Assembly (NCBI GenBank): GCA_046540255.1
Contig: JBKHFJ010000010.1
Location: 2,928-66,927, forward strand
Source of the DNA: Methanomassiliicoccales archaeon
GTDB lineage: Archaea > Thermoplasmatota > Thermoplasmata > Methanomassiliicoccales > JAAEEP01
DNA length: 64,000 nt
Reading direction: 5' to 3'
Shown in pieces: positions 18,413 through 28,456 of this stretch. Each line of letters starts with the position of its first letter. Positions within the stretch are counted from its first letter, which is position 1. A program made the translations under genes and the position numbers. The notes below the pieces were generated by a model. The model was not told where the DNA came from. It searched no databases and was given only the letters and a program-made list of their open reading frames with translations.

Positions 18413-19446
18413 AGGAGGTCGAGCAGCTGGAAGAGGGGGACATGGCCGGAGGAGGTCTCCTTGAAGCTGATCTCCGCCGTGTCCCCGATCCCCTCGGCGA
18501 CGGCGAACGGCACCGGCTCGGTAAGATGCTGGCCGGTCAGTGAGGAGGCGCCGTGGTCAACGGTGAGGGAGATGCGCACCCCCTCTATCCCGTCCAGGTA
18601 CCTCTCCATCACCTTGTCCACCTCCTCCAGGAACTCCAGCTTCTTGTCCGGCTCCCTCTTGTGGCTGACGTCGTCTATCTCCTCCATGTGGAGGAGCACG
18701 TCCCTGGTCTCCAGGGCCTCCACGGTACCGCGCAGCCTCTGATCCAGATCGTCCACCCACACCTTCTCCATTCCCAGGAGGGCGCCGATGCCCAGGGCGG
18801 AAGGGCTGTTGGAGTAGACGGTCATGTTGCCGAACTTCTCCCTCAGGTCCCGGTACTCCTGCACGAGCTCGCCCCTTCCCCCCTGCCAGGGCAGCTCCGC
18901 GATGCCGCAGGTCTCCTTCGATACACCCTCCACGAAATCCCTGAACTCCCCCAGGCGGTTCATGTCCAGGTACGTGTTCACCGGGGGAGAGGGAAGGTCC
19001 AGGGGCGCCTCGGACCTCAGGGTGATCACCCCCTTCCCCTCCTTGTAGTAGCGCATCTCCGGATCGTGGGGCAGGAGCAGGTCCCAGTTGTCCGCCACCG
19101 CCCGCTTCAACTCCTCCACCTCCTGCGGGGTGATGTTGTAGCCCCACTCCATCCAACCGTCCCTGATCATGGCGGGGGAGAGGCGGTAGGCCACCTTGCC
19201 CGGGGGCACCTCGAGGTCGAAGCCCAGGGTCTCGATCAGCCCCCTGGGCAACTCCCCTTCCCGCTGGCTGAGAAGCCCCAGCAGGTAGAGGTGTGTGTAG
19301 CTGGAGGCGTCCGTGCAGCCGAACCGTCCGGAGGAGGTGATCCGGTCGATGAACGGCTTCTCGGCTGCCTCCAGGGGGGTCCGGCCCCCCAGCTGCGGTA
19401 TCCTCTCGTCGGTGGCCCCGTCAAGGAGAACGATCAGGTTCCTCAT
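18403..19446 (-). CDS. cofactor-independent phosphoglycerate mutase-like metalloenzyme (AlkP superfamily), divergent
   Basis: LLDGATD..LGGRTPLEAA, EEIDDVSH, TVDH, H..EPVPF; canonical PGSD motif not conserved. Confidence 0.8.
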   Translation of the reverse strand: MRNLIVLLDGATDERIPQLGGRTPLEAAEKPFIDRITSSGRFGCTDASSYTHLYLLGLLSQREGELPRGLIETLGFDLEVPPGKVAYRLSPAMIRDGWMEWGYNITPQEVEELKRAVADNWDLLLPHDPEMRYYKEGKGVITLRSEAPLDLPSPPVNTYLDMNRLGEFRDFVEGVSKETCGIAELPWQGGRGELVQEYRDLREKFGNMTVYSNSPSALGIGALLGMEKVWVDDLDQRLRGTVEALETRDVLLHMEEIDDVSHKREPDKKLEFLEEVDKVMERYLDGIEGVRISLTVDHGASSLTGQHLTEPVPFAVAEGIGDTAEISFKETSSGHVPLFQLLDLLYR

Positions 19447-19531
19447 GCTAATCCAGGGCTCTCATGCATTAATCAATATTCAATACTTATCCCTACCCAG
19501 TGGGTCCGGTACGGATCCGTTTCCCGGGGCG

Positions 19532-21703
19532 TCATCCATTTCTCGCAAGGGCGATGGCGCACTGTCCAGTGGAGATGCCCCCGTCCCCGTTGGGCACACG
19601 GTCGTGGACCAGCAGCCTCAGCCCCCTCGCCTCCGCGGCCTGGCTGGCCATGTCGGAGATGGCCTGGTTGTAGGCCACGCCGCCGGTTAGACCGACACCA
19701 TCCAGCCCCCGGGAGAGGGCCAGATCGGCCGCCCTGTCCACCAAAGAGGTGACCAAATCGCTGACGAAGCTGTGGGCCAGGTCCTCCCTCCTCCCCCGGC
19801 TCTCGAAGAGCTGCTCGAACATGTCCAGGGTGAGCAGGGTGCCCCCCTCCCACTCCACCTGGAACGAGTGCTCCTTCCTACCCCTGCGGAGCAGGGGCTC
19901 CAGCTTCATGGCCGGCTCTCCGTCGTAGGAGCGCAGGCAGCAGACGTCGAAGTGGCAGGACAGGGCATCCAGTACCCTCCCGAAGGAGGAGGTGAGGGGG
20001 CTGGAGGGCATCATCTTCCTAAACACCCCCTGGTCGCAGGGGGCGAACAGGTCGCTCTCCCTGCCCAGGGACTCCTGGATGGCGTACAGCACCCGGTCCA
20101 CCTCCCTGACGGCCTTCTCCCCACCCAGCAGCGGTATCTCCTGAAGATGGCCCGTGCGATCGAAGTCCAGGAAGGTGGAGTGAAGTATCTCCCCTCCCCA
20201 TGCCTTTCCATCCAGCCCGTACCCGGTGCCGTCCAGGGTGAGGGCGACGATCTCCTCCTCCCCCCGATCGACCATCAGGGAGGCGGAGTGGGCCCAGTGG
20301 TGCTGGACCTCCAGCAGGTCGGCGTCCAGCTTCTCAGAGAGGGATTTGGCCAGCCGGCGGTTGGAGTAGCTCGGATGCATGTCCATGGCCACAGCGCCAA
20401 CCTCCTCTACACCGAGCAGCCTGATGAGGTGACTGACGGCCCCCTCCTCGAATTCCAGGACCCCTGGGGAGGAGCCGTCCCCCAGGTACTGGGTGGGGTG
20501 CATACTGCCCTCCATGGCCAGCGTCGCGGTCAGGTTCTCCTGGGCGCCCATACCGATGGCGGTGCCCTCGAAGGGGGAGTCCAGGGTGCAGGGGACGTGC
20601 CCCCGGGACCTCCTGATGAAGAAGGTGTTGCCCCTCCAGGCCCTGACCACCGAATCGTCGCAGCGGTTCACGATCCTCCGGTCGTGCAGGAGGTAGCAGT
20701 CCGCCCCCAGGGAGAGGGCGCCCCGGTCCTCCATGATCATTGGCTCCCCGGGGACGTTGGCCGAGGTCATGATCAGGGCGTCCGATTCCAGGTGGTGGAA
20801 GAGGATCTCGTGCATGGCGGTGTAGGGCAGGAAGATGCCCAGGTTGTCCAGCCCGGGGGAGACGCCCTCGATCCCCTCCGCCTTGTCCACCAGGGTGACA
20901 GGCCGGTGAGGGGAGCGGAGCAGCTCCCTCTCCTCCCCGTCCAGGTGGCAGTACCTCTCCGCCGTGTCCATGTCCCGCACCATGACGGCGAAGGGCTTCT
21001 CCCTCCTCCCGTACCATCTGCGCAGGCGGGGCAAGCTCTCCAGGGAAGAGCAGATGTGCATCCCGCCCCAGCTCTTGGCGATGCCGATCTGCCCCCGGTC
21101 TATACGGCTGGCAAATCCTCGGACGGGGTCTCCCTCCACCCCATCGCCGTCCGACCCCAGGAGGCGATAGGTGGGACCGCATCGGGGGCAGGAGATGGTC
21201 TGGTGATGGAACCTGCGGTCCCCCGGATCCTCGTACTCCTCCCGGCAGGAGGGGCACATGGGGAAGTCTCGCATCGAGGTACTATCCCGATCGTAGGGAA
21301 GGTCCTCGATCACGGTGAATCGGGCCCCGCAGTCGGTGCAGTTGGTGAAGGGATACAGGTACCTGCGGTCCTCGGGATCGAAGAGCTCCCTCCGGCAGGA
21401 GTCGCAGATGGCCACATCGTTCGGTATGCCCACCCCCCTCTCCCCCGACTCGGAGGGAACTATGCGGAAGTCATCGTAGCCCCGGTCCCCCGAGACCAGG
21501 ACCTCCACGGAGTCCACCCGGGCCAGCGGGGGGAGGTTGGACCGCAAGGCCTCCATGAACTCGTCCCCCTCCCGGTCCACCTCCACCACCACGTTGGACC
21601 CGTTGTTCTGGACGAACCCCCTCAGGCCCATGGACCTGGCGATGCGGTGCACCGTGGGCCGGAACCCCACCCCCTGGACGATGCCGTGGATGACGTACCT
21701 CAT
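19532..21703 (-). CDS. hypF: hydrogenase maturation carbamoyltransferase HypF
   Basis: GIVQGVGFRP, two CxxC-x18-CxxC zinc fingers, RR.KPFAVM, TSAN, QHHWAH, DGTGYG, DGGISTGQ; start adjusted to ATG at 21703. Confidence 0.96.
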   Translation of the reverse strand: MRYVIHGIVQGVGFRPTVHRIARSMGLRGFVQNNGSNVVVEVDREGDEFMEALRSNLPPLARVDSVEVLVSGDRGYDDFRIVPSESGERGVGIPNDVAICDSCRRELFDPEDRRYLYPFTNCTDCGARFTVIEDLPYDRDSTSMRDFPMCPSCREEYEDPGDRRFHHQTISCPRCGPTYRLLGSDGDGVEGDPVRGFASRIDRGQIGIAKSWGGMHICSSLESLPRLRRWYGRREKPFAVMVRDMDTAERYCHLDGEERELLRSPHRPVTLVDKAEGIEGVSPGLDNLGIFLPYTAMHEILFHHLESDALIMTSANVPGEPMIMEDRGALSLGADCYLLHDRRIVNRCDDSVVRAWRGNTFFIRRSRGHVPCTLDSPFEGTAIGMGAQENLTATLAMEGSMHPTQYLGDGSSPGVLEFEEGAVSHLIRLLGVEEVGAVAMDMHPSYSNRRLAKSLSEKLDADLLEVQHHWAHSASLMVDRGEEEIVALTLDGTGYGLDGKAWGGEILHSTFLDFDRTGHLQEIPLLGGEKAVREVDRVLYAIQESLGRESDLFAPCDQGVFRKMMPSSPLTSSFGRVLDALSCHFDVCCLRSYDGEPAMKLEPLLRRGRKEHSFQVEWEGGTLLTLDMFEQLFESRGRREDLAHSFVSDLVTSLVDRAADLALSRGLDGVGLTGGVAYNQAISDMASQAAEARGLRLLVHDRVPNGDGGISTGQCAIALARNG

Positions 21704-21803
21704 CGGGCCTTCCAGACCTGGATGCGTATAAAGACCTTTCGAAGCTATCAAGTGGCATAAACTATAAACGAGCTCTCCCTGATACCATGGCCGAGGGGCT
21801 TTC

Positions 21804-22190
21804 ATGAGCGAGATCAGGGAAGGACTGCTGTACACAGAGGACCACGAGTGGGTGAAGGTCGAGGATGGCAAGGCCAGGCTGGGGATCACCGATCACGCCC
21901 AGAACGAGATGACCGAGATCGTGTACGCCGAGGTGGCCGAGGCGGGGAGTAAGGTGAATAAGGGGGACACCATCGGCGCTGTGGAGAGCGTGAAGACGGT
22001 GGCGGACATCTACTCCCCGGTGAGCGGGGAGGTGGTGGAGGCCAACCAGGATCTGGAGGACGCCCCCCAGAAGGTCAACGAGAGCCCCTACGATCAGGGC
22101 TGGTTCGCGGTCATCCAGATCGAGGACGAGTCGGAGCTCGACGGCCTGATGGACCCCGAGGAGTACGAGGAGTTCCTGGAAGAGGACTAG
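21804..22190 (+). CDS. gcvH: glycine cleavage system H protein (lipoyl carrier)
   Basis: HEWV, GITDHAQ, VESVK, SPVSGEV, NESPY. Confidence 0.95.
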   Translation: MSEIREGLLYTEDHEWVKVEDGKARLGITDHAQNEMTEIVYAEVAEAGSKVNKGDTIGAVESVKTVADIYSPVSGEVVEANQDLEDAPQKVNESPYDQGWFAVIQIEDESELDGLMDPEEYEEFLEED

Positions 22191-22969
22191 GCGCCGGCCT
22201 GTTCCAGCGTGTGGGGACAGTCACACCTCTCCCTCTCCAGGGGGATCTCCGGCAGGGCGGAGGAGAGCAGGTCCCTGATCCTCTGGATGTTCTCCGCCAT
22301 GGTCCTCTTGACCGTGGCCGCGTCCACCGGTTCCTCCGCCCAGACGTCGTAGTCGGTGATCATTCCCAGGGAGAGGTAGCACATCTCCATCTCCCTGGCC
22401 AGCTGGCACTCCGGCACCAGGGTCATGCCTATGACGTCGGCGAAGCTCCTGAACATCCTGCTCTCCGCCCGGGTGGAGAACCTGGGCCCCTCGATGCACA
22501 CGTAGGTACCGCTCTCGTGATGGGGTATGTCCAGCTCCCCCGCCTTCCGGGCGAATATGTTCGAGAGCTCCGGACAGAAGGGGTCCGCCGTGCCTATGTG
22601 CACCGTCTTCCTTCCATCGTAGAAGGTGTACTCCCGCTTCTTGGTGAGGTCGATGAACTGGTCCACCAGGACGATCTCCCCCGGCCGGTACTCCTCCTGC
22701 AGTGAGCCCACCGCGCAGGGCGAGACCACCCTGGTGACGCCCAGCACTTTGAGGGCCCACAGGTTCGCCCGGTAGTTGACCATGTGGGGGGGATGGACGT
22801 GCCCCTTCCCGTGCCTGGGCAGGAAGGCCACCTCCCGCCCCTCCCAGGTGCCCAGGACGATGTCGTCCGAGGGCGGTCCGTAGGGGGTGGAGAGTCGCAC
22901 CTCGTCCTGGACCTCGAATAGGTCCGGGTCGTAGATGCCCGTTCCCCCGATGATGCCTGTTCTTGTCAT
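22187..22969 (-). CDS. mtnP: S-methyl-5'-thioadenosine/inosine phosphorylase
   Basis: GIIGGTG, TPYG, RHG..H..PPH..NYRAN, EGPRFSTRAES, TDYD; start adjusted to 22969. Confidence 0.93.
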   Translation of the reverse strand: MTRTGIIGGTGIYDPDLFEVQDEVRLSTPYGPPSDDIVLGTWEGREVAFLPRHGKGHVHPPHMVNYRANLWALKVLGVTRVVSPCAVGSLQEEYRPGEIVLVDQFIDLTKKREYTFYDGRKTVHIGTADPFCPELSNIFARKAGELDIPHHESGTYVCIEGPRFSTRAESRMFRSFADVIGMTLVPECQLAREMEMCYLSLGMITDYDVWAEEPVDAATVKRTMAENIQRIRDLLSSALPEIPLERERCDCPHTLEQAGA

Positions 22970-23061
22970 AGCGATCCGCCAACGTCCTGATTCGATAAAT
23001 CGATGTCGCCCTTGGTGCATGTTTTTTCTACCCCACGCTGCCATATGTTCACGGGATCTCC

Positions 23062-23598
23062 ATGGAAGACGAGTACGAGAAGGTGGATTGCGGGTGGTCC
23101 GACGCCCTGATGATGCTCCCTCCCGCCCCGGTGTTCCTGCTGGGAGTGGGCGGCGATGAGGAGATGGACGTCACGACCATAGGCATGTTCAACGTGTTCT
23201 CCCTGTTCCCCATCATACTGGGGGTGGGGGTGACCACCTCCAGGTACACCTACAGGCTGCTCAGGCAGAACGAGGGCTTCACCCTGAACGTGCCGGGCCA
23301 TGAGCTGCTGGAAGCGGTGAAGACCTGCGGGGAGAGGTCCGGCAAGGACACCGCCAAGTTCGAGGAGTGCGGGCTGACCCCGGCCCCCGGGAAGCGGGTG
23401 AGGGCCCCCAAGGTCAGGGAGTGCCTGTTGAACCTCGAGGTGAAGAGGACCGACCAGAAGAGGATCGGGGACCACGAGTGGTTCCTGGGGGAGATAGCCC
23501 ACGCCGATCACGTGATCGGGTACGATCCGGCGGACGCCCTGGTCTACTGGGGAGGGGAGTTCCGGGCGGTGGGGGCCGTCCTGGACAGCCTGGTGTAG
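23062..23598 (+). CDS. flavin reductase family protein (flavoredoxin-like)
   Basis: FTLNVP, CG..SG.D..KF, AP...EC, GDH.WFLGEI. Confidence 0.88.
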   Translation: MEDEYEKVDCGWSDALMMLPPAPVFLLGVGGDEEMDVTTIGMFNVFSLFPIILGVGVTTSRYTYRLLRQNEGFTLNVPGHELLEAVKTCGERSGKDTAKFEECGLTPAPGKRVRAPKVRECLLNLEVKRTDQKRIGDHEWFLGEIAHADHVIGYDPADALVYWGGEFRAVGAVLDSLV

Positions 23599-23645
23599 CC
23601 CCGCGGACACGCGAACGGCCTATCCCGAGACGAATATCGAAGGCC

Positions 23646-23670
23646 CGCCCGAACAGAACCCATTCGGGCG
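23646..23670. terminator. GC hairpin between the flavin reductase paralogs (possible terminator or processing site)
   Basis: CGCCCGAA-N9-TTCGGGCG inverted repeat. Confidence 0.35.
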
Positions 23671-23723
23671 AAGCATTCAGGGAAGCCTTTTTCAACCCAA
23701 CGTCTAATCCCCCCGCGAGGAGC

Positions 23724-24245
23724 ATGGGCAGCAAGGCCGAACTCAATCCGGTGGCGGCGATCCGCCTCTTCCCCTCCTTCCCGGTGGTGCTCACCGTGAT
23801 GGGGGACGAGGACAGCAACATCATCACGGTGGGGCTGGTGCACGTCTTCTCCTTCCGCCCCACCGTCCTCGGGGTGGGGATCGCTCCCTCCCGCTACAGC
23901 CACGAGCTCCTGCACAGGTACCCCGACTTCACCGTCAACGTCCCCGGGAAGGATCTGGTGGAGGAGACCAACTACTGCGGTGCCGCCTCGGGACGGAAGG
24001 TGGACAAGTTCCACGAGACCGGCCTGACCAGGCGGGAGAGCCAGGAGATCTCGTCCCCGGGCATAGAGGAGTGCAGGATCATCTTCGAGTGCAGGAAGAC
24101 GGAGGCCATCGACGTGGGGGACCACACCTGGTTCCTGGGCGAGGTGGCGCGTGCCGAGCAGGACGAGGACTACGTCCGCGAGAGGACCCTGATGTATTGG
24201 AGCGGCGACTTCAGGACCATCGGGGATATCATCCGGAAGAAGTGA
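23724..24245 (+). CDS. flavin reductase family protein, tandem paralog
   Basis: FTVNVP, CG..SGR.VDKF, GDHTWFLGEV; start adjusted to ATG at 23724. Confidence 0.88.
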   Translation: MGSKAELNPVAAIRLFPSFPVVLTVMGDEDSNIITVGLVHVFSFRPTVLGVGIAPSRYSHELLHRYPDFTVNVPGKDLVEETNYCGAASGRKVDKFHETGLTRRESQEISSPGIEECRIIFECRKTEAIDVGDHTWFLGEVARAEQDEDYVRERTLMYWSGDFRTIGDIIRKK

Positions 24246-24254
24246 TCCCGGGGA

Positions 24255-25085
24255 TCACCTGGGGAGCTCCGCCCTTGTGTAGGAGCCCAGCACCTTGACG
24301 AAGGAGGCCCTCCTCACCAGGTTCGCCAGCGCGCTGGAGATGCGCTCCTCGTCGGCATGACCGTCGATGTCCACGAAGAAGATGTACTCCCAGGGCCTGT
24401 CCCGCCGGGGCTTGGACTCCAGCTTGGTCATGTTCACCTGCCGCTCGGCGAAAGCCCCCAGGCAGTAATAGAGGGATCCCGGCGCGTCCTTGGTGGCGAA
24501 GATGAGCGAGGTCTTGTCCCCTTCCCTCAGGTAGGAGGCCCTCTTCTCCAGGACGAAGAACCTGGTGTAGTTCCGGTCGCTGTCCTGTATGCCCTCCGCC
24601 AGTACCTCCATGTCGTACTCCACGGCCGCGCGACGGCTGGCGATCGCCGCCTCCTCCATGTTGCCCCGCTCCCTCACCTGCCTCACGCTGCCGGCGGTGT
24701 CGTAGGCCGGTATGCGCTCCCATCCAGGATGCTCCTCCAGGTATCCCCTGCACTGGGCGAGGGCCTGGGGGTGGCTGTAGACCCTCCTCACCGTATCGGT
24801 GGTGACCCCCGGATGCACGATAAGACAGTGCACCACCTGGATCACCGTCTCCCCCACCACGGTCAGGTCGTAATCCATCATCAGCCCGTTCACCTGGTTC
24901 ACGCTGCCCTCCAGCGTGTTCTCCACCGGCACCATGCCGTAGTCCACCTCCCCCCGGTCCATCCTGGAGAACACCTCCGAGAACTCACCGCAGGGGACCA
25001 CCTCCACCTCCCCCTGGAAGAACTGATGCACCGCGTCCTCGCTGAAGGCGCCCAGCACCCCCTGGAAAGCGACCCTAGTCATCAT
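24255..25085 (-). CDS. pheA: prephenate dehydratase
   Basis: VAFQG..GAFSE, PVENTLEGSV, SHPQALAQC, NYTRF, ACT domain with KLESKP, LGSY. Confidence 0.95.
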   Translation of the reverse strand: MMTRVAFQGVLGAFSEDAVHQFFQGEVEVVPCGEFSEVFSRMDRGEVDYGMVPVENTLEGSVNQVNGLMMDYDLTVVGETVIQVVHCLIVHPGVTTDTVRRVYSHPQALAQCRGYLEEHPGWERIPAYDTAGSVRQVRERGNMEEAAIASRRAAVEYDMEVLAEGIQDSDRNYTRFFVLEKRASYLREGDKTSLIFATKDAPGSLYYCLGAFAERQVNMTKLESKPRRDRPWEYIFFVDIDGHADEERISSALANLVRRASFVKVLGSYTRAELPR

Positions 25086-26451
25086 CACCACCGAAGAACT
25101 CCCCGTGTATGGACCTTATGGTCCTTTCCAGTTCCTTCTCGGCCACCGTGAAGCAGTAGGCCACCATGGAGGCCCCGGCCGAGATCATCCCGATGTTCAC
25201 CCTCTCCCTGGCCACCGCGTTGAACACCTTGGCGGCCAGCCCGTCCGTGTAGCCCAGCCCCTCCCCGACCACGCAGACCAGGGAGACGTCCCCTACCACC
25301 TCGAAACGGTCCACCAGGTCGGAGGCGTGGGTTACCAGGTGCCTCTTCACCCTGGGCACCTGGGACCTGTCCACCAAAAGGGAGATACAGGTCTGGGAGG
25401 TGGCGGCCGAGTAGATATTCACCTCCAGCTCCATCAGCAGGTTGGCGAGCTTGGAGATCACCCCGTACCGGTAGCCGATGGAGGCGCCGTAGGCCTTGAC
25501 GATGGCCATCCCCCTCATGCAGGAGACGCTCTTGATGGAGCCCCGGCCGCCGACGGGCTCCCCGTGTATGAGGGTGCCCTCGGCCTCCGGCTTGAAGACG
25601 TTCATCAGGCGGATGGCGATCCCCCCCTTCCGGGCCGGTTCGACGGTCCTGGGGTGCAGCACCTGGGCGCCGAAGTAGGAGAGCTCCGCCGCCTCCTCGT
25701 AGGAGAGCTCGTCGATGGGCACGGCGGAGGGGACCACCCTGGGGTCCACGCTCATGAACCCATCCACGTCCTTCCAGATCTCCACCAGGTCGGCGTCGAC
25801 GGCGTGGCCTATGACGGATGCGGAATAATCGGTCCCGTTCCTGCCGAACAGGGTGATGTGTCCCTCATCGGTGCGGCCGAAGAATCCGGTGATCACCGGG
25901 ACCTCTCCCCGTTCCACCCGCTCCCTGATCGGCTCCCTGATGTTGGCCCGGGTGGCCTCCAGGTCGGCGGTGGCCGAGCCGTAGACGCCGTCGGTGATGA
26001 TGCCCAGGTCATCGGCGCACAGGGGGACGGCGTTCACCCCCATGTCTTGCAGCATGCCCGATACCAGTATGACCGCCATCTTCTCCCCGAACGACTGGAC
26101 CATGTCCCTGGTCCTCGGGGTCAGCTCCTCCAGGTAGCAGATGCCGTACAGCACGCGCTCCAGCTTGACCAGCCTCTCCATCAGCTGGGAGACGGCCTGC
26201 TGCTTGGTCTCCATTCCCTTGGTGATCTCCTTGAGGAGGCTCACGTGGGTCTCCTGAACGCCCCGGACGAACTCCTGCACCTCCTTCTCGGAGCGCAGCT
26301 TGGACATGAATTCCAGCAGTTGATCGGTCACCGACTGGACGGCCGAGACCACCACCACCTTGGGCTCCCCCTCGGACAGCACGATGTCCCCCACCATGCG
26401 CATCGATTCCCCGTCCCGGAGAGAGCTGCCCCCGAACTTCAGCACCTTCAT
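25075..26451 (-). CDS. lysC: aspartate kinase
   Basis: VLKFGGSS, VVSA, TGF, GRNGTDYSA, WKDVDG, GAQVLHP; two ACT domains. Confidence 0.94.
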   Translation of the reverse strand: MKVLKFGGSSLRDGESMRMVGDIVLSEGEPKVVVVSAVQSVTDQLLEFMSKLRSEKEVQEFVRGVQETHVSLLKEITKGMETKQQAVSQLMERLVKLERVLYGICYLEELTPRTRDMVQSFGEKMAVILVSGMLQDMGVNAVPLCADDLGIITDGVYGSATADLEATRANIREPIRERVERGEVPVITGFFGRTDEGHITLFGRNGTDYSASVIGHAVDADLVEIWKDVDGFMSVDPRVVPSAVPIDELSYEEAAELSYFGAQVLHPRTVEPARKGGIAIRLMNVFKPEAEGTLIHGEPVGGRGSIKSVSCMRGMAIVKAYGASIGYRYGVISKLANLLMELEVNIYSAATSQTCISLLVDRSQVPRVKRHLVTHASDLVDRFEVVGDVSLVCVVGEGLGYTDGLAAKVFNAVARERVNIGMISAGASMVAYCFTVAEKELERTIRSIHGEFFGGDDD

Positions 26452-27107
26452 CTGCCCTTGATCCTCCTGATCACCTCGGACGGCACCTGCTGCACCGCCC
26501 TCTCCGCCTGGCTCATGGACATGCCCGACCCGAGGGCCACCCGCATGGACTGGTGCTCGTCGATCAGGTCGGTGTGGACGTGCGCGTCGGTGTTGATCAC
26601 CAGCTCAGCTCCCGCCTCCAGGGCCATCCTGGCCACCAGGCCGTTGGAGAGCGAGTGCCCCTTCCTGGCGGTCAGCTCCAGGAGGACCCCGTTGTCCCTG
26701 GCCAGATCGGCCTCCTCCGGGTCCAGGAGCCCCGGGTGGGCCAGTATGTCCACCTCGGGGTTCTCCACCGCCTTCAGGTTGGTCCCCCTCTGTACCGGCT
26801 CTACCAGCGTCTCCCCGTGAACCACGATGAGCTCCGCGCCCAGCTTCCTGGCCCGGGCGACCATGTGGTCGATCCTGTCCACGGGCACGTGGGTGATCTC
26901 CACGCCGGCCACCGTCTCGATCCCCCACTCCTCGGACAGCTCGCAATCCCGGCGGATCTCCTCCACCACCCTATCGATGTTGGAGGCGGACACGTGGTCG
27001 GTGAAGGCGATCCCCCCCATCCCCATCACCTCCGCCCTCCTGGCCATCTCGATGGGCAGCAGCTCCCCGTCGCTCAGCAGGGTGTGGGTGTGAAGGTCGA
27101 TCCTCAT
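26448..27107 (-). CDS. PHP-domain protein, putative histidinol-phosphate phosphatase
   Basis: DLHTHT..SDG, TDH, HGET, LAHPG, NTDAH; lies in the his operon. Confidence 0.85.
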   Translation of the reverse strand: MRIDLHTHTLLSDGELLPIEMARRAEVMGMGGIAFTDHVSASNIDRVVEEIRRDCELSEEWGIETVAGVEITHVPVDRIDHMVARARKLGAELIVVHGETLVEPVQRGTNLKAVENPEVDILAHPGLLDPEEADLARDNGVLLELTARKGHSLSNGLVARMALEAGAELVINTDAHVHTDLIDEHQSMRVALGSGMSMSQAERAVQQVPSEVIRRIKGR

Positions 27108-27706
27108 CGTCTCCTCTCCGAAAGTATCTCGAAGACCCTCTCCAGGGGGATCCCCTTACCTTCAAGGACGACCAGGAGATGGTAGAGGAGGTCCGCGGTC
27201 TCCCAGGCCATCTCCTCCGGGTCCTCGTCCTTCGAGGCCAGGGCCAGCTCGGCGGCCTCCTCCACCAGCTTCTTGAGCATCTTGTCCTCGTCATCCAGGA
27301 GCTTGCAGGTGTAGCTCCCCTCCTGGGGATTCTCCTTCCGGTCCCGGATCACCCTGCGCAGCTCGGGGATGATCGCCCCGGTCTTCCTGATGTCCCCGTA
27401 CAGGATGTCCGAGAAGCAGGAGGGACGGTCCAGGTGGCAGGGGTATCCGGTCTGCCTGACCCGGACCAGAAGGGTGTCGCTGTCGCAGTCGGTCTGTATG
27501 GACACCACCTCCTGCACGTTCCCGGAGGTCTCCCCCTTCATCCAGATCTTCTCCCTGGACCGGCTCCAGAAGTGGGTCCTGCCGGTCTCCTTCATACGCT
27601 CGTAGGCCTCCTCGCTGGTGAAGGCGTGCATGAGCACCTCGTTCGTCTCGGCGTCCTGCACGATGACCGGCAGGAGCCCCCTGTCGTCGAATCTCAACAC
27701 GCTCAT
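27104..27706 (-). CDS. hisIE: phosphoribosyl-AMP cyclohydrolase / phosphoribosyl-ATP diphosphatase
   Basis: [40 protein letters not shown]; start adjusted to 27706. Confidence 0.95.
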   Translation of the reverse strand: MSVLRFDDRGLLPVIVQDAETNEVLMHAFTSEEAYERMKETGRTHFWSRSREKIWMKGETSGNVQEVVSIQTDCDSDTLLVRVRQTGYPCHLDRPSCFSDILYGDIRKTGAIIPELRRVIRDRKENPQEGSYTCKLLDDEDKMLKKLVEEAAELALASKDEDPEEMAWETADLLYHLLVVLEGKGIPLERVFEILSERRR

Positions 27707-28455
27707 CTTACCCTGACCCCCCTCTCCTTGAGGTACTCCTTCACCTCTCCCACCGTGTGCTTGTGGTAGTGGAATATGGAGGCGGCCAGGGCGGCATCCG
27801 CATCCGCCTCCTGGAACACCTGGTGGATGTGTTCTATGCTCCCGCAGCCGCCGGAGGCGATCACCGGTATGTTCACCGCCTGGACCACCGCCGAGGTCAG
27901 CTCCAGGTCGTAGCCGTCCTGGGTGCCGTCCGCGTCCATGCTGGTGAGCAGTATCTCTCCAGCACCCAGGGACTCCACCCGGGAGGCCCACTCGACGGCC
28001 TCCAGCTCGGTCCTCCTGGTGCCCCCGTGGGTGTAGACCCTCCAGGAGTCGCCCTCCCTCTTGGCGTCGATGGCCACCACCACGCACTGGCTGCCGAAGT
28101 CCTCCGCGCAATCCGGGATGACCTCGGGGTTCTCCACGGCGAAGGAATTGATGGACACCTTGTCCGCCCCGGCGTTGAGGGCCTCCCTCATGTCCTCCTT
28201 GCTGCGCACCCCCCCACCAACGGCCAGGGGGACGAAGAGGCGCTCGGCGGTGCGCTCCACCGCCTCCAGAAGGGTCCTCCTGCCCTCCAGGGAGGCGGAG
28301 ATGTCCAGGAAGACGATCTCGTCCGCCCCCTGGGCCTCGTACTCCGAGGCCAGCTCCGGTGGGTCCCCCACCCCCTGCAGGTCCTTGAACCTGATCCCCT
28401 TCACCACTCCCCCGTCCTTCACATCCAGACACGGTATGATCCTCTTGGTGAGCAT
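27703..28455 (-). CDS. hisF: imidazole glycerol phosphate synthase cyclase subunit
   Basis: [45 protein letters not shown]. Confidence 0.97.
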   Translation of the reverse strand: MLTKRIIPCLDVKDGGVVKGIRFKDLQGVGDPPELASEYEAQGADEIVFLDISASLEGRRTLLEAVERTAERLFVPLAVGGGVRSKEDMREALNAGADKVSINSFAVENPEVIPDCAEDFGSQCVVVAIDAKREGDSWRVYTHGGTRRTELEAVEWASRVESLGAGEILLTSMDADGTQDGYDLELTSAVVQAVNIPVIASGGCGSIEHIHQVFQEADADAALAASIFHYHKHTVGEVKEYLKERGVRVR

Positions 28456-28456
28456 T

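Noticed and set aside
27104-28432. Extended ORF-track versions of hisIE, hisH, NIL-ferredoxin, carB, pstA, leuD and others
   Set aside because: The N-terminal extensions are off-frame reads through the upstream gene; starts were reset to where family homology begins.
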